From contig OX597815.1 of assembly GCA_951406725.2 (NCBI GenBank), positions 74,586,001-74,650,000 on the forward strand: DNA of 64,000 nucleotides, given 5' to 3'. Below, piece after piece: positions 1 through 13,416 of this stretch (the stretch's first letter is position 1; the number at the start of each line of letters is the position of its first letter). A program made the position numbers and the translations under genes. The DNA is from Octopus vulgaris. Its lineage: Eukaryota. The notes below the pieces were generated by a model. The model had not been told where the DNA came from and did not search any database. It saw only the letters and a program-made list of their open reading frames with translations.

Positions 1-275
1 AGGCTGACCAAAACCTCATGAATGGATTTGGTAGACAGAAACTGAAAGAAGCTCGTTGTCTATATATGTATATATCTTTGTGTCTGTGTTTGTCCTCCCC
101 ATCACCACTTGACAACCAGTGTTAGTATATTTACATCCCTGTAACTTAGCAGTTCAGCAAAAGAGACTGGTAGAATAAGTACTGGGCTTAAAAAATAGGC
201 CTTTGGGTCAATTTGTTTGATAAATTCCCAGAAAGCTGCAGTGAGATGACTGAAACCAATAAAAGTATATATACG

Positions 276-320
<45 letters not shown>

Positions 321-560
321 TTATTATATATATGTGTGTGTGTGTATGTGTGTATGTGTATGTGTGTGTGTGTTGGTTTTCTTTTAGGTTCCATCTAATC
401 AAATCTACTCACAAGGCATTGGTTGGCCTGGGGCTATAGTAGAAGATATGTGTCCAGAGTGCCTTGTAGTGAAATTGAACCCAAGACCACATGGTTGTGA
501 TTCTTTCTCATGGATTATCTATCAATGCTAATAAATGTTAATTGTCTAACCTTTTTTCAG

Positions 561-707
561 ATCTTGTATCTACGAAAATTCAAAAAGCTAAAAATGATTA
601 ACTTAGCTGGTAATCCCTTCTGTGAGATGGAAGACTATAAAACGACAGTTGTTGTTTATCTCAACTGGGTGGAGTATGTCGATTATGCCTTAGTCAAGGA
701 AGAATTT
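561..707 (+). CDS. DRC3: DRC3/LRRC48 internal coding exon (LRR C-cap region)
   Basis: tttttcAG acceptor (559-560) and GTAAGT donor (708); 147 nt, phase 0/0. ILYLRKFKKLKMINLAGNPFCEMEDYKTTVVVYLNWVEYVDY has the LxLxGNP..Y..YLD LRR-cap pattern of DRC3. Confidence 0.93.
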
Positions 708-1163
708 GTAAGTATTCTTTCTTATATCTTAACACTACTACCACTACCACCACCACCACCACCACCACAACCACCACCACCACCACCACTACCATCATCA
801 GTCATTACTACTGCCAGAACCAACAACGATATATTCCTAGTCCCTCTCTCCTCCATATGCATTATTAAACCTACTATTAACACTACATCACATGGCTATC
901 GTCATCATCAGCATTTCCACCTCCACTATTACTACTACTACTACTACTACTGCTGCTGCTGTTGTTGTTGTTGTTAAGCAACAAGATGGGTAAGGGTGAT
1001 TAGGTCATGGTCTAGGGTTTAGGGGCTGGAGACCCCAGACCTTGGAAAAAAAAATTTGGTCGTCTTGTTGTAGTCGAGGGCTCTTCATTGACACCTGACA
1101 CCACTGGGAGGTGGCCCTCGATGTCGTTGGAAATGGAGATCTCCAGGTCCAAATTCTTGAACG

Positions 1164-1196
<33 letters not shown>

Positions 1197-1841
1197 TCTA
1201 CTACTACTACTACTACTACTCCCATCTTCATTATCAGTATTATATACCAACACAGGCAGTGAACTGACAAAAGCGTTAGCATGTTGAACAAATTACTTGG
1301 CATTTCTTCTGGTTCTTTATGTTTTGAGTTCAAATGCTGCCAATGTCAACTTTGCCTTTCATCCTTTTGTGATTGTGTTTTTGTAAGGCATGAAGTAAAG
1401 TTTGCTCTTACTTCGAGTTGCAACTGTTGACAATCACTCCAAATGTTGGATCATGGGAAAGCCAGCCAAACCTCACAGTTATAACCACATGTCGACTCTG
1501 CCGATTCCTCGCCAACAAGGACTATTACACCATGACTGCTTGCAGCACACGACTTGCCTCACCACAGACCCTCGTAAGAAAGAGGCTGTCTGCTTGCAGT
1601 TGTGACATCATGTCATCACTCTTCCAGTCCCTTTGTGAATATAGAATAGCCAGAAATCATACAGTAGTTTTATCTGTGCACTACTGACCTAACTACTAAC
1701 AAAAAGCACCAACCTCTTCATGAGCACCTTGACCAAAATCTTAAAACTCTGCATTCTGCAGAGTTATGTGCTGAAAATTGTCAATGGTGCACTGTTTGTT
1801 GGCATCTTTCTTTAGCTAGAGGTAATATTTATTTCCACTTA

Positions 1842-2353
1842 CCGTAAATCCTCGAGTATAGTCTGCCCTTGAGTATAATATGCAGGGGATTTTTAGGGGG
1901 CTGTACCTCTGAAAAACCTAAACCTTGTGTATAATACGCACCTCTTCTCTAACTTGAGTCAAGGAGGTTCATATAACGTCCTTGGTTTGTAAAAATGTAT
2001 ATGGTAACGTCCTTTATTATTATTGTATATATAACATAATGCCAACATGTAGCTTTTTTGTGCATTTTGTTTGCAGAAAATAAAGAAATAACAGTAATAA
2101 CATTTAATATATGTTGCTTACTGCAAATTATGGATGATTCTTTTATGACTTCATTGCTTTCAGGCTTAGCTTAAGGTATTTTCGCGCCCGACATCACAAA
2201 ATGTGTCTGAATAAACATTGCTGGACAGCAAATAGAGACTTGGACATTGCTTAGAAAATATTTTTCATTTTTAACCTCATATATAGTACGCACTAGGGAT
2301 TTTGACCTTTAAATTTTGGGAAAAAAATGCGGATTATACTCGAGGATTTACAG
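1842..2353. mobile_element. Non-autonomous Tc1/mariner-pogo-like MITE
   Basis: TIRs CCGTAAATCCTCGAGTATA ... TATACTCGAGGATTTACAG with TA at or next to the ends; no ORF. Confidence 0.75.
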
Positions 2354-3094
2354 TTAATGTGGATGTTCTGTTAGAACAAACTTCACTGCAGTAGGTAACA
2401 CAAGAGAAATGCTCATAAAGTTTGTTCTAACAGAACAGTCATATTTAAGTGGGAATAAATATTATCTCTTGGTATTAATACTGCCTCTGTTGTTAATATA
2501 TACTGTCCTTAGCTATGTCACTATCCCTAGCTAAGAAAGCTGGAAATATTTTCCATCTGCTACCGATTGTGAGAGATGTCAAGAGAGAGGCAAAGAAGTT
2601 TGGTATGATTCTATGAAGCTTGCAGAGAGGTCTTTGCAAAGTAGTTAATTTTCCCCTCATATAGCTGCCACTCATAACAAACTGTATCTCAGTAGTCATC
2701 TTTTTAGCTTTTATTTTTTTTACTTGTTTCAGTAATTGGAATGCAGCCCATACTGGGGTACTGCCTTGAAAGGGTTTTATAAAACAAACTGACCCCAGTA
2801 CTTCTCTTTTCTGGTACTTACTCTGGTGGTATTTTTTTCCTTTGCCAAACTTTAAGTTATGGGGGGATTCAAACAACCCAACACCAGTTGTCAAACAGTG
2901 GGTGATGAAGAAAAAAGACACACACACACAACAGACTTCCACACAGTTTCTATCTACTAGATTCACTCACATGTCTTGGATCTACAGTAGTAGACACTTG
3001 CCCATGGTGCCATGCAATGAGACAGAACCTAAAACCACATATTTGCAATGTGAACTTCTTAACCACATAGCCACTTTTTTCTCATATTTTTTAG

Positions 3095-3214
3095 CGAGAA
3101 AATGCTCTCAGGAAAATGCAAACATCTCTTGATGCACTTGTTGAGTCTGAGATGAAAATCCAACAGAAAGAGGAAGAACAACGACTGATGAGAGAAGAAT
3201 ATAAGAAAGATATG
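3095..3214 (+). CDS. DRC3: DRC3 internal coding exon (coiled coil)
   Basis: tttttTAG acceptor and GTAATC donor; 120 nt, phase 0/0. RENALRKMQTSLDALVESEMKIQQKEEEQRLMREEYKKDM continues the frame between flanking DRC3 exons. Confidence 0.88.
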
Positions 3215-3922
3215 GTAATCACAATCTGTTTCTCTTTCTCTGCATCTCATCCTGGTCCTTTTTGCATTTATTCTTTCTTCTACCCACTAAGGCTCACATT
3301 ACTCAGAATTGGTGAAGACTATTTAGATTTAAGAGGATCCTTGGGCAAGGAAGCCTCACAAGCACTAGTGTTGCAATAGAGGGCTTCATGTGCCATTTGT
3401 GAAGTGGTAGATGAACTAATGGAGATACCATAGAGCCAAGGGAACTCTTAGTTTTGCCTTGTTGAAGGTATGGCAACCTCTCTAGAGCTGGTGCCAGAAA
3501 AAATGATTCCAGTACCCTTTATAAAGTGGTTGGCATTAGGAAGGACATCAAGTTGAATGAAACCATGTCGAATGAATATGGACAAAAAAGGTATGGCCCA
3601 CTAGCTAAACTTAGGAGGGCCACAGCTTAAACAAAAACTCAGATTGTAATGACCTATCAGTTCCATGACAGTGGACATTCTTCTATCATTCTATTATTGG
3701 TTTCAGAAGCTGTAGCCATGCTGGGGCACTACCATTAAAAAATAAATTATCTATTACCAAAGTTTTCGAACCTAAGCAAGAAAACTCCAATAGATTTCTA
3801 GTCCATTGCTTTAACCACTTGTCCACAATGTCCTAAATTAGAACTAGAAGGGGAAAAAAAGAAAAGCAAAAATGATGCTGCTTAACATACAGTGGCTTTG
3901 AAAATGAAAAGCTATGCCTAAA

Positions 3923-4122
3923 TTAACCCTTTAGCATTCAGATTATTCTGTCAAATGTAAAGCTTATTCACTCACATTGTTTTGAATTGATCATGCTTTA
4001 TATTATGGCTTTCAGATTTTTAAGATATAACTGTTAATTTTTAGAATGATATTGTAGGGTTAGTGTGAAGGCCTGATCTGTCCAGTTTGAATATAAAACA
4101 GAAAGAATATTTTGGTCAGATA
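3923..4122. mobile_element. piggyBac-like MITE fragment (second, inverted copy at ~12045-12505)
   Basis: Begins TTAA-CCCTTTAGCATT; the inverted copy ends AATGCTAAAGGG-TTAA at ~12505. Confidence 0.55.
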
Positions 4123-6175
4123 TTAAGGAATCAAAACTGGTTCATGATTTGGAGCCTTGCTAGAGTCTTACCTCTGTACTCGACTACTCACCACTTCCTT
4201 TAGTTTCTTTTAGAGGTCTATGTCTTCATGCTTTTCTCAAGGACATTAACAACACAAGAATAGTGTCTTGGCTGCAATTAGAAAATGAAGTTGTCATACA
4301 ACTCTGAATCACAGCCAGCGGGTGGTGTATGCTGTTACTGTATGAAGTTGCCTACAACTATTATATTACAAAAAAAAAAAAAAAAAAACAAACAAAACAA
4401 ACAACTTTAGAATGCAAAAGAAACCCTTTTGGAATTTATTTTTCCGAAATGCTTAATATTGTGGTTGTTGTTATTGTTTCCCAAGGTGTTTTCTTATTTC
4501 TCTCTCTCTCCCCACTCTCTCTTCTTTTCTGTTGAGTATTGATATCTTATTCTCAAATTTCTATCTGAAAAATCTGAGAGGAAGAAAAAGTATTATGTGT
4601 GTGTGTGTGTATGTGTGCATGTGTGTGTGTGTGTGTGTGTGTGCATGTGTGTGTGTTTTCTGGGTGTATGTGAGACTTATAAAAGTCAAAGTTCAACAGC
4701 TATAGATGAGAGAGAATTAGTGTCTCAGGTTTAACTATGGAAAGGTTTCTATTATTAGTATAAAATTGATTATTCTTAAAGAATGAAGAATTGACTAAAA
4801 GAAGAAGTGAAATGAAATGATATAAAATTAAAGGAAATCAAAGAAAAATAGTTCAAATTTAGTAGCTTTTTCTTTTTTGTTGATTATAAGAATGGGATAC
4901 TTCTATCTCACCAAACTTTGGTGTAAAATTCTCAACAGTCTGATTGTGGTGCTGCAATTCCTACATTTATTTCATGACATGATTCAAGAATTGTAGTGTG
5001 TTCTCTCTTAGAGAAGGATCTTTTCAAAATCAATGCATTTCCTTTCACAGGAATTGTGGTTTTTGCTTTTGAGTTTCCATTTCCTTGAGATTCTCAAAAT
5101 TTACTCAGTAGAAAAACGCAGTAAAATAATGTGGAAAATTTTATATTGAGTAACCCTAAGTTCTATAACCCTGCCCCTCAGGAATACTTTTACTTGTGAT
5201 ACCCACTTAGGAAACCCATTGTTCCATACCAGGGTGCAGCATTGTCTGTTATAGGAATCACTGACCTAAAATGATGGTACTAAAAGATGACAGACCCTAT
5301 TGCTTGATATTCAGTGAGTCAGCACATACATTTTATGTACTTTTGTGCAAAAAACAAAACAAAAACGTTGGTGTGGATGCTGATGCCACATAAAAAAGCA
5401 CCCAATACACTCTGTAAAGTGGTTGGCATGAGGAAGAGCATCTGGCTGTAGAAACTAAGTTAAAACAAACTATGGAACCTGGTGTGCCCCTGGTCTTGCC
5501 AGTTCCTGTCAAGCCATCCAACCCATGCCAGCATGGAAACAGATGTTAAATAACAATGACGACAATGACAATAATGATGATGACTTTCATAAATCTTGAG
5601 ACATATTTTTTCTATGTTTTACTTGTTTCACTCATTGGATTGCAGCCATGTTGGGATACCACCTTGAAGGATTTAGTCCCCAGTATTTCTCTTTTAAGTC
5701 TAGTACTTGTTCTGTTGTTTGCTTTTGGCCAAACTGCTAAGTTATGGGGGATGTAAATAAACCAACAGCAGTTGTCACTAATTCGTTCATCTCTGATTTG
5801 GGATAACAAGGAATATACTCAATTGTGAAACATGGAAACATGTTATGCTTATCATAGTGTGATCTGTGGTAACATGAGTCAGCAATCCATTGGAGATTCT
5901 GCATGTACCACAAGAACGCACCCCAACAATTACCCACAGTCCTTAGCTACCCAGAATGCACTCACTATTACTTGTGTTTACATGACTGTGCAGCAAGGCT
6001 GTGTGATTTTTATAATGAATTACATATTGGCACCCATCAACGATGAAAAGTGAAAATACAAAGGCACCTGGTCCTAACAATTAATGCAGACAAGTGATTT
6101 TTTTACAAGGAAAGGTAGAGATGATCAAGAAAATATGTGATGATAGAAGCTTCACTGCTGTGTGCTGCAGTTTGG

Positions 6176-6720
6176 TGTCAATGAATTTGCCATATGTCTC
6201 CTTCACAAAGTGCATGAAGATGATTCATTTATCACTGTGCTTTTTTGAGACCAAACCCTCATGATAAACGACAATGGATATATAGGCACAGCTGTGGTTG
6301 TGTGGTAAGAAACTTGTTTCCCAACCACATGGTTCTGGGTTCAGTTCTACTGTGTGATGCCTTAGGTAAATGTCTTCTACTATAGCCTCAGGCTGACCAA
6401 AGCCTTGTGATTGGATTTGGTAGACAGAAACTGAAAGAAGCTTGTCATGTCAATGAATTTGCTATTCATTTCCTTTACAAACTACATGAAGATGATTCAT
6501 TTATCACTGTGCTTCTTTGAGACCAAACTCCCATGATAAACAAGAATAGATATATAGGTGCAGCTGTGACTGTGTGATAAGAAACTTGCTTCCCAACCAC
6601 ATCGTTCTGGGTTCAGTTCTACTGCATGACACCTTGGGCAAATGTCTTCTACTATAGCCTCAGGCTGACCAAAGTCTTGTGATAAGATTCGGTAGACAGA
6701 AATTGAAAGAAGCTTGTCAT
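6176..6720 (+). repeat. Local tandem duplication (~272-bp unit x2) including a SINE head
   Basis: ATGAATTTGC...GAAGCTTGTCA occurs at 6181 and 6453. Confidence 0.85.
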
Positions 6721-6950
6721 CATCATTATCATCATCGTTTAACATCCGCTTTCCATGCTAGCATGGGCTGGATGATTTGACTGAGGTCTGGTAAACCAGA
6801 TGGCTGCACCAGGCTCCAATCTGATCTGGCAGAGTTTCTACAGCTGGATGCCCTTCCTAATGCCAACCACTCCAAGAGTGTAGTGGGTGCTTTTACATGC
6901 CACCGGTACGAGGGCCAGTCAGGCAGTACTGGCAACAGCCACTCTCAAAT
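6720..6950 (-). mobile_element. SINE/LINE-tail family ending in (GAT)n (other copies ~5380-5580, 9530-9720, 11410-11590, 14700-14900, 16810-16940)
   Basis: Recurrent GTGGTTGGCATTAGGAAGGGCATCCAGC...CCCATGCYAGCATGGAAA...GTTAAA(TGA)n block. Confidence 0.75.
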
Positions 6951-7459
6951 GGTGCTATATTTGTTTGTGTGTGTGTCTTTGTGCCATTGCTTGACAACTG
7001 ATGTTGGTGTGGTTATGTCCCCATAATTTAACAGTTCAGCAAAGTGACTGATAGAATATGTACCAGGCTTAACGAAAAAGGGAAAAATAAGTACTGAGAT
7101 CACTTCATTTGACTAAAAATTTTCAAGGCAGTGCTCCCGCATGACTGCAGTCTAATGACTGAAACAAGTGAAAGATAAAAAGATATATCACAATCACTAC
7201 TCTGACATTGGCCATCACAAAATATAAACACTACCCAAACATCACACAACTACCTCTGTCTCAACCAGTGTAAACACTACTATCAGAGCAGCAACAACAA
7301 TAACAAATGCATTGGAATTTTTATTCTGCTAAGACTAGCGGCACCAAGATGTGAAATAACAAACAATATGTGCAGGGTTAGACAAGTAGACAGATAAATA
7401 GAGAGTGGATAGCTAGCTAGATAGATAGAGAGAAAGAGAGAGATGGTGAGAGAGAGAAA

Positions 7460-7600
<141 letters not shown>

Positions 7601-7767
7601 AGATAGCTAGATAGATAGAGAGAGAGAGACAGAGTGACAGACAGACAGAATGATAGACAGGTGGTGGAAGAAGAAAAAGAAGGAAGAAATGAGAGAGAGA
7701 GAAAGAGGGAGAGAGAGACAAGCTATATGTGTGCACAAGTGTGTATATGTGTGTGTCTGTGTTTGTA

Positions 7768-7806
<39 letters not shown>

Positions 7807-8365
7807 ATAAAAAGATGCTCTCACATGAACAGCAGGTGACTAACTTGAGAACAAAAGCTTTATGCATCTGAGTAGATGTTTTTGAGACACATTTTGAAAT
7901 CATCCTGTGACCTTGCTGACAATCTGTATTAAGCCCTAGCAGACATACTGATGACACTGGCCTCATATTATGTTTACCTTTATTAATTAACACATTGAAA
8001 ACTATTCAACTGCTGAAGTACAGGGATAGCTGACTAGCATGCACACACTTACACACCCTCACATACACACACGCATGTGCACTTTCATTTTGGAATCGCC
8101 AATACTTTGTTATCTCCCCTTCTTCCTAGTCTCCTGTCCAACTACCTTCTTCCAACCAGTCGTATGATTGACTGCTAAATCCACAAATTCTTTTTATTCT
8201 CTCTCTGTTTATTTCATTTTGTTCCTTTCTGTTGAAGTGTGTAGGCTCAAAACATAAAAGCCTTTCTCACCTTCCCAAGTGTCAAACTAATACACCTTGT
8301 TTGTTTATACACCTGTCTTTGTCTTTTGTTTTTCTGTAAATTTCAACTATATATATATACATACA

Positions 8366-8411
<46 letters not shown>

Positions 8412-10009
8412 TTAGTAGAATTAGTGGTTGAAATAACTGTCTAAGGGATAAGAATATCTGTTTTTTCTATAAATTACCTATGTTAAGCCTGGGCATAGAT
8501 ATGCAAGCATACTATGTTCATAGGATATAGGCAATAACAAAATAAATAAGAGTTTATCAGGAATCAAATTTAAATTAAGCAGAAAATGGAGAAAATTCTT
8601 GATCAACAAACAAATTGACTACTATTGATTATTATTTTATTCAATACAAAACCATTTCTGCTTCCAATGTTTGTCACTGCTGCCAAAGAAAATTCTGAGA
8701 ATAATATTCATCATATGCTATAGCACATCTGATCTGGTACATGGAACTTCATCAGAATGCGGACAAATGCATAAAATAAGAGAAGAGAAGAGAAAAGAAC
8801 AGGGCCTCGAGATGGGGAAAGAAGGCTTAAAATATTTGAATCATACCATTTTGCAGTGTAATGCTTGAAGTCGAGCAAATGACTAAACTAGAAAATTATT
8901 TGGTGGATCAATCTTTCTTTGGGGGTACCAGGGTGTATAAATAATTAAAAAAATAAAACAAGTACTTTGATATAATGGGATTCGCCAATAGGTCTAGAAA
9001 AAGAATTAAATAAAAAGAACTTAAGAATTTGTAAATAGTACTAATTAATATTTATCCAAATAACATACCCATAAAATTATTACATTAATATACTTACTGA
9101 TATATTTTAAAGACCAACCACCTGTTGTCCATAATGGGATTGACCAAAGTCCAGCCATCAATATAATTGGTCAGTTAAACTTAAAAACCAAGGGCAAGCT
9201 TTGACCATTATAGGGATAGATGTAAATGAAAAAGAAAATAAAAATAGAATTTTTTTTGTATGAAGAAGTAGCATATATCATAAGTGGCCCAAAGCCACTT
9301 ATGCCATTATAAACCAACCAAATATGTAAACAAGCACTGTGCTTGCTTTAAGACACATGGCATATTTTATAAATATACCTGTTCAAGTATCATAAGAGTA
9401 TGAAACTATTAGTAGCTCTTTCAGTTGTGTATTTAAATTGCAGACAGGCTCACCCCTTGCAATCTTCTCCAGCTGAGCAGCTCCTAATCTCATGGGCTCA
9501 TAGGTACTGCTGCCATGTAAATAGCACCTGTGCCAGTGCCACATAAGAGCACTCAGTACACTCTGTAAAGTGGTTGGTATTAGGAAGGGCATCCAGCCAT
9601 AGAAACCATGCCAAAACAAACAGGGAGCCTGAACAGTCCTTCAACTAGTTAGCTCCTGTCAAACCGTCCAATCCATGCCAGCGTGGAAAATGGATGTTAA
9701 ATGATGATGATGATGATGATGATATATCACTGTATCACTGTATTGACTAGGCTATCAGATGCTGGTCACAATGTGCTTCCTCAAATTTTGATAGCTTTTG
9801 AATGATATGACCTGACTGGCTAAGCAGGCAGGCCAACATTTCCCTTAAATGGAAAATCAGTCTGCTGCAGGATTACCCATTTACAAATGAGTGGACTGGA
9901 GCAATGTGAAATGAAGTGCTTTGCTCAGAAACACAATGCACTGCTGGTCTAGGGATCAAAACCATGATCTTGTGATTGTAAGTGCAACACACTAACCACT
10001 GGGCCATTG

Positions 10010-10053
<44 letters not shown>

Positions 10054-10689
10054 GATATCCTTATCATCATTAACATTCATCTTCCATGCTGGCATAGGTT
10101 AAACAGTTCAACAGGATCTGACAAGTCAGAGGATTGTCATGTTTCAGTGTCTATTTTAGCATTGTTTCTTCTGTGATAGCAACAGAGCCATTTTAACAGC
10201 AAAAAACAAAGCAATGCACTGGAACCTCTGTGTACACAACTATAGAGTATAAAGATTAGCTTTTGGCTCAAACAAAAAGAAGAAAATGCTTTGAGAACTT
10301 AATCATGGATAAAAGTAAGAAAGTATTTACAATTTTTACCAAAATATGCAACCAGTTTCAGTCATTTTAAGAGGATTTAGTCATGCTGATAGGCACTCCT
10401 GCTGCTTGTAGGTGAACTTGATATCATAAAAGATTAATTTAATTTATTTTAATTCATTTTTCCTTTTATTTAAGCCTTACTAAATAGTCTTTCGAAAGTG
10501 ATTGAAACTGGTTGAATATTTTGATAAAACATTAATACTTTCTTACTTTTATCTCTGATAAAGTTCTCAAAAGCATTTTCTTTTCTTTGTTTCTCTAACA
10601 TAAATCTGATATATATGTACACACACGTACACATTTTGCTTGTTATGTTATATTTTGTATTAAAGAAATTGTTGTTCTCCATTTTGCAG

Positions 10690-10802
10690 GAGGCATATGT
10701 AGAAAGCTTCAAAGATGATCTTCTTTATATAAGCTTGTATGCAGATGATGTTGAAGGCAGGAAACTGAATGACATGCCTGGTATTGCAGATGAAATGATC
10801 TA
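10690..10802 (+). CDS. DRC3: DRC3 internal coding exon ending at a U12-type donor
   Basis: ttgCAG acceptor. EAYVESFKDDLLYISLYADDVEGRKLNDMPGIADEMI resembles remembered vertebrate DRC3 (AFVE.L...LFDSMYAED.EG..L..LPG). Ends in phase 2 at TA|ATATCC. Confidence 0.88.
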
Positions 10803-11292
10803 ATATCCATGACTTTATCATATATCTCTTGATGTATTTTTATATATATCATTTTAACAAATTGATCCATAGGTAAATCACATAGTACAAAGGTAAAACG
10901 AAACTTATTTATTCTTTAATGTGGAATTTTTGTAGTAAGCATCACATAGTAGAAGCAAGCCTTTAGGAAGCTGAGTCCATTCTTTTTTTTCCATTTTCAC
11001 CTAATCTATACAATCACCACCTATTCTTCCCTGCACTCCCTCTGACTCATATTTATTGTTAACGACCTCTAAACCCTTCTTCTTCATTCATTATATCCAC
11101 CCCATCACCCCTATTCATCCCCACTTTCCCTGTACATTCTTACAACCCCTACCTGTCCACAGTTCTTGTTCTTTCGTCCCCACTCAACTTTTATTCACTG
11201 TATATTTCATTTCTCTTTCTAGTTCCATCTTGGTTACTCCCATGTAGTTCTACTGTAAGAAACCTGTTTGGGCCCATTCTTTCATACATTAA

Positions 11293-11328
<36 letters not shown>

Positions 11329-12083
11329 GTGATGATGATGGTGATGATGGTGGTGGTGGTGGTGGTGGTCGTCGTCGTCGTCGTCGTCGTTGTCATCTTT
11401 GGCGTCGGTGGTGTCATCGTCGTTATTTAATGTTCATTTGACATACTGGCATGGTTTGGACATTTTGACTGGAGCTGGCAAGCCAGAGGACTGTACCAAA
11501 TTCCAGTGTCTGCTTTGGCAGGGATTCTATTGGTTGGATGCCCTTCTGAACACCAATCACTTAAATAAGTGTATTGGGTGCTTTTTATGTGGTAAAACCT
11601 CCCCTGTCTCTACTTTACTTCCACTCAGTCAAAGAGGATCTTTAATACTGTGAGCTGCGTGGCATCATGCTAAGGGATTGAACTATGAGAAGGTGGAAAC
11701 AGAGCATCCTCATTTTCACTGGTTTGTAAACTATGACTTCCTGTCAGTATTCATCTGTTTGTAGTCCACCATGAAAGCATGTTTGGGTTTCTTGACATGT
11801 TGTGTGATCTTTTTAAACAAAGGGCTCATTCATACAGAGTCCTTTGATTTCAGTTCTTTACACACAACATGTCCAGATTGTTCAGTAGAGTGGAAGATTA
11901 TTACCCCAGTTGGAAACAAGTGGGAGTTGGTGACAGAAAGGGCATCTGGTCATAGGATCTCTGCTTCAGTATACACTCACCCAAGCATAGAAAAGTAGAC
12001 ATTAAAAAAACTGCAGCTTGCTGGTTAAATAAATACCAATGTTTTCTGATTAGCATTTAAACTGACTATATCTGGCCCAAATA

Positions 12084-12297
12084 AAGGCGGTGAGCTAGCA
12101 GAGATGTTAGCATGCTGGGTGAAATGCTTAGTGGTATTTTGTCTGTCTTTATGTTCTGAATTCAAATTCCACTGAGGTTGACTTTGCCTTTCGTCCTTTT
12201 GGGGTTGATAAATTAAGTACCAGTTGCATACTGGATCGATACAATCGACTGGCATCCTCCCTCACAAATTTCGGGCCTTGTGCTTTAAGTAGAAAAG
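12084..12297 (+). mobile_element. tRNA-derived SINE family B with 17-bp TSD (copies ~14225-14385, 20818-20990, 34318-34530, 42940-43130, 44457-44590, 51165-51610)
   Basis: GGCGGTGAGCTAGCAGA head, B-box-like TTCAAATTCC, core CCTTTCRTCCTTTYGGGGTYGATAAATTAAGTACCAG. TSD TATATCTGGCCCAAATA at 12067-12083 and 12298-12314. Confidence 0.85.
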
Positions 12298-12859
12298 TAT
12301 ATCTGGCCCAAATATTTTACCTGTTTAATTTTCAAACTGGCCTGATCTGGCCTCTTGCACCTACCCTACAATATCATTCTATTTTAAAAATAAACAATCT
12401 CATCATTGAAATCTCAAAGCCATGAGATAATGCATGATTAATTCAAAACAATGTGAATAAATAAGCATTACATTTGGCAGAGTAATCTGAATGCTAAAGG
12501 GTTAAATACAGATTAGCTAAAGATAAACTTGTAATTTGTAAACAAAAAAAAATTATAATTGATCAGATCTGTCCAACCCATGCATGCATGGAAAAGGGAA
12601 CATTAAATGAAGATAATGATGATGACTACCTTTGTGGAATCTCCTCCCCAGATGCATAGTTACCTGAGTCTCATTGGAAGGTCAATGTGTTTATAGATAA
12701 AACATTCAATTGTTTCTACACATTTTTGATTTACAATGAATAGAAGCTATATTTTTCAACATGTAAATACTGATAGAACAGCATATATAGGATAAAATCC
12801 TTTTAGAGCAGAAAAATTTGTCAGCGACCAGCCATGCTCTAAAAGCATTTTATCCTATA

Positions 12860-13252
12860 CTAGCAGTATCGCCCGGCGTTGCTCGGGTTTGTTTTGATCC
12901 TTTAGAATTGGAATTTTTGAAAAGTAAAACATTTTGCATTATGTAGCTTGTTATTCTCTTTAAATGAACATTTTTCTGGTTGAAATACACCGAAAAATGG
13001 TGACACAGCAGTAAAAAAATCGTAAAAAATAGGGATTTTTATAGAAAAAGAGCACCTTTTTGATGTAAATAATTTTTGGTGTTAACATGGTCCAATTTGA
13101 ATTTTTTCTTCTACGGAAGGAAGAGCAAGCCTTCTTCTATCATACTCTCAATTTTGGTCAACTTGTGCTGCAGGGTCTTGGAGGAGATAGTGTTAGTTGA
13201 AGGCCACCAAACCTGCCATACACAGACAACTTCAGCTTTATATATATAGAGA
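12860..13252 (-). mobile_element. Non-autonomous Helitron
   Basis: On the minus strand: 5' TC start, 3' hairpin CCCGAGCAACGCCGGG and CTAG end, inserted between A and T. Confidence 0.85.
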
Positions 13253-13416
13253 TAGGTTGTTCTGTCAGTATTTACGCGTTGAGAAATATATCTTTCTACT
13301 TCTACAATACATTTCAACGCTTTAAAGCCAACTTATGTTTGTTTACATATAATGGAATAGAAACCAGTTTTTTTTTTATTTGTGAGACCACGTTAACATT
13401 TCCTTAACTTCTCCAT

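Larger units (their letters stand above)
10803..13416 (+). other. U12-type (minor spliceosome) intron of DRC3 with AT-AT termini
   Basis: 5' ATATCCAT (consensus RTATCCTT); branch site TTCCTTAAC at 13400-13408; ends CAT at 13416. Splicing restores the frame (TA+T = Tyr) and a gap-free match to remembered DRC3. Confidence 0.8.

Noticed and set aside
188-402. ORFs rich in YI/HT/VC repeats (also ~7413-7993, 16747-17209, 57947-58539, 63486-63917)
   Set aside because: Translations of (TA)n, (CA)n and (GATA)n microsatellites with no coding signal.
708-977. Poly-Pro/Tyr/Cys extension of ORF 510-977
   Set aside because: Intronic trinucleotide repeats after the GTAAGT donor at 708.
10801-10803. Premature TAA suggesting DRC3 is a pseudogene
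   Set aside because: The TAA spans the U12 exon/intron boundary (TA|A), and all downstream exons are intact and in frame.
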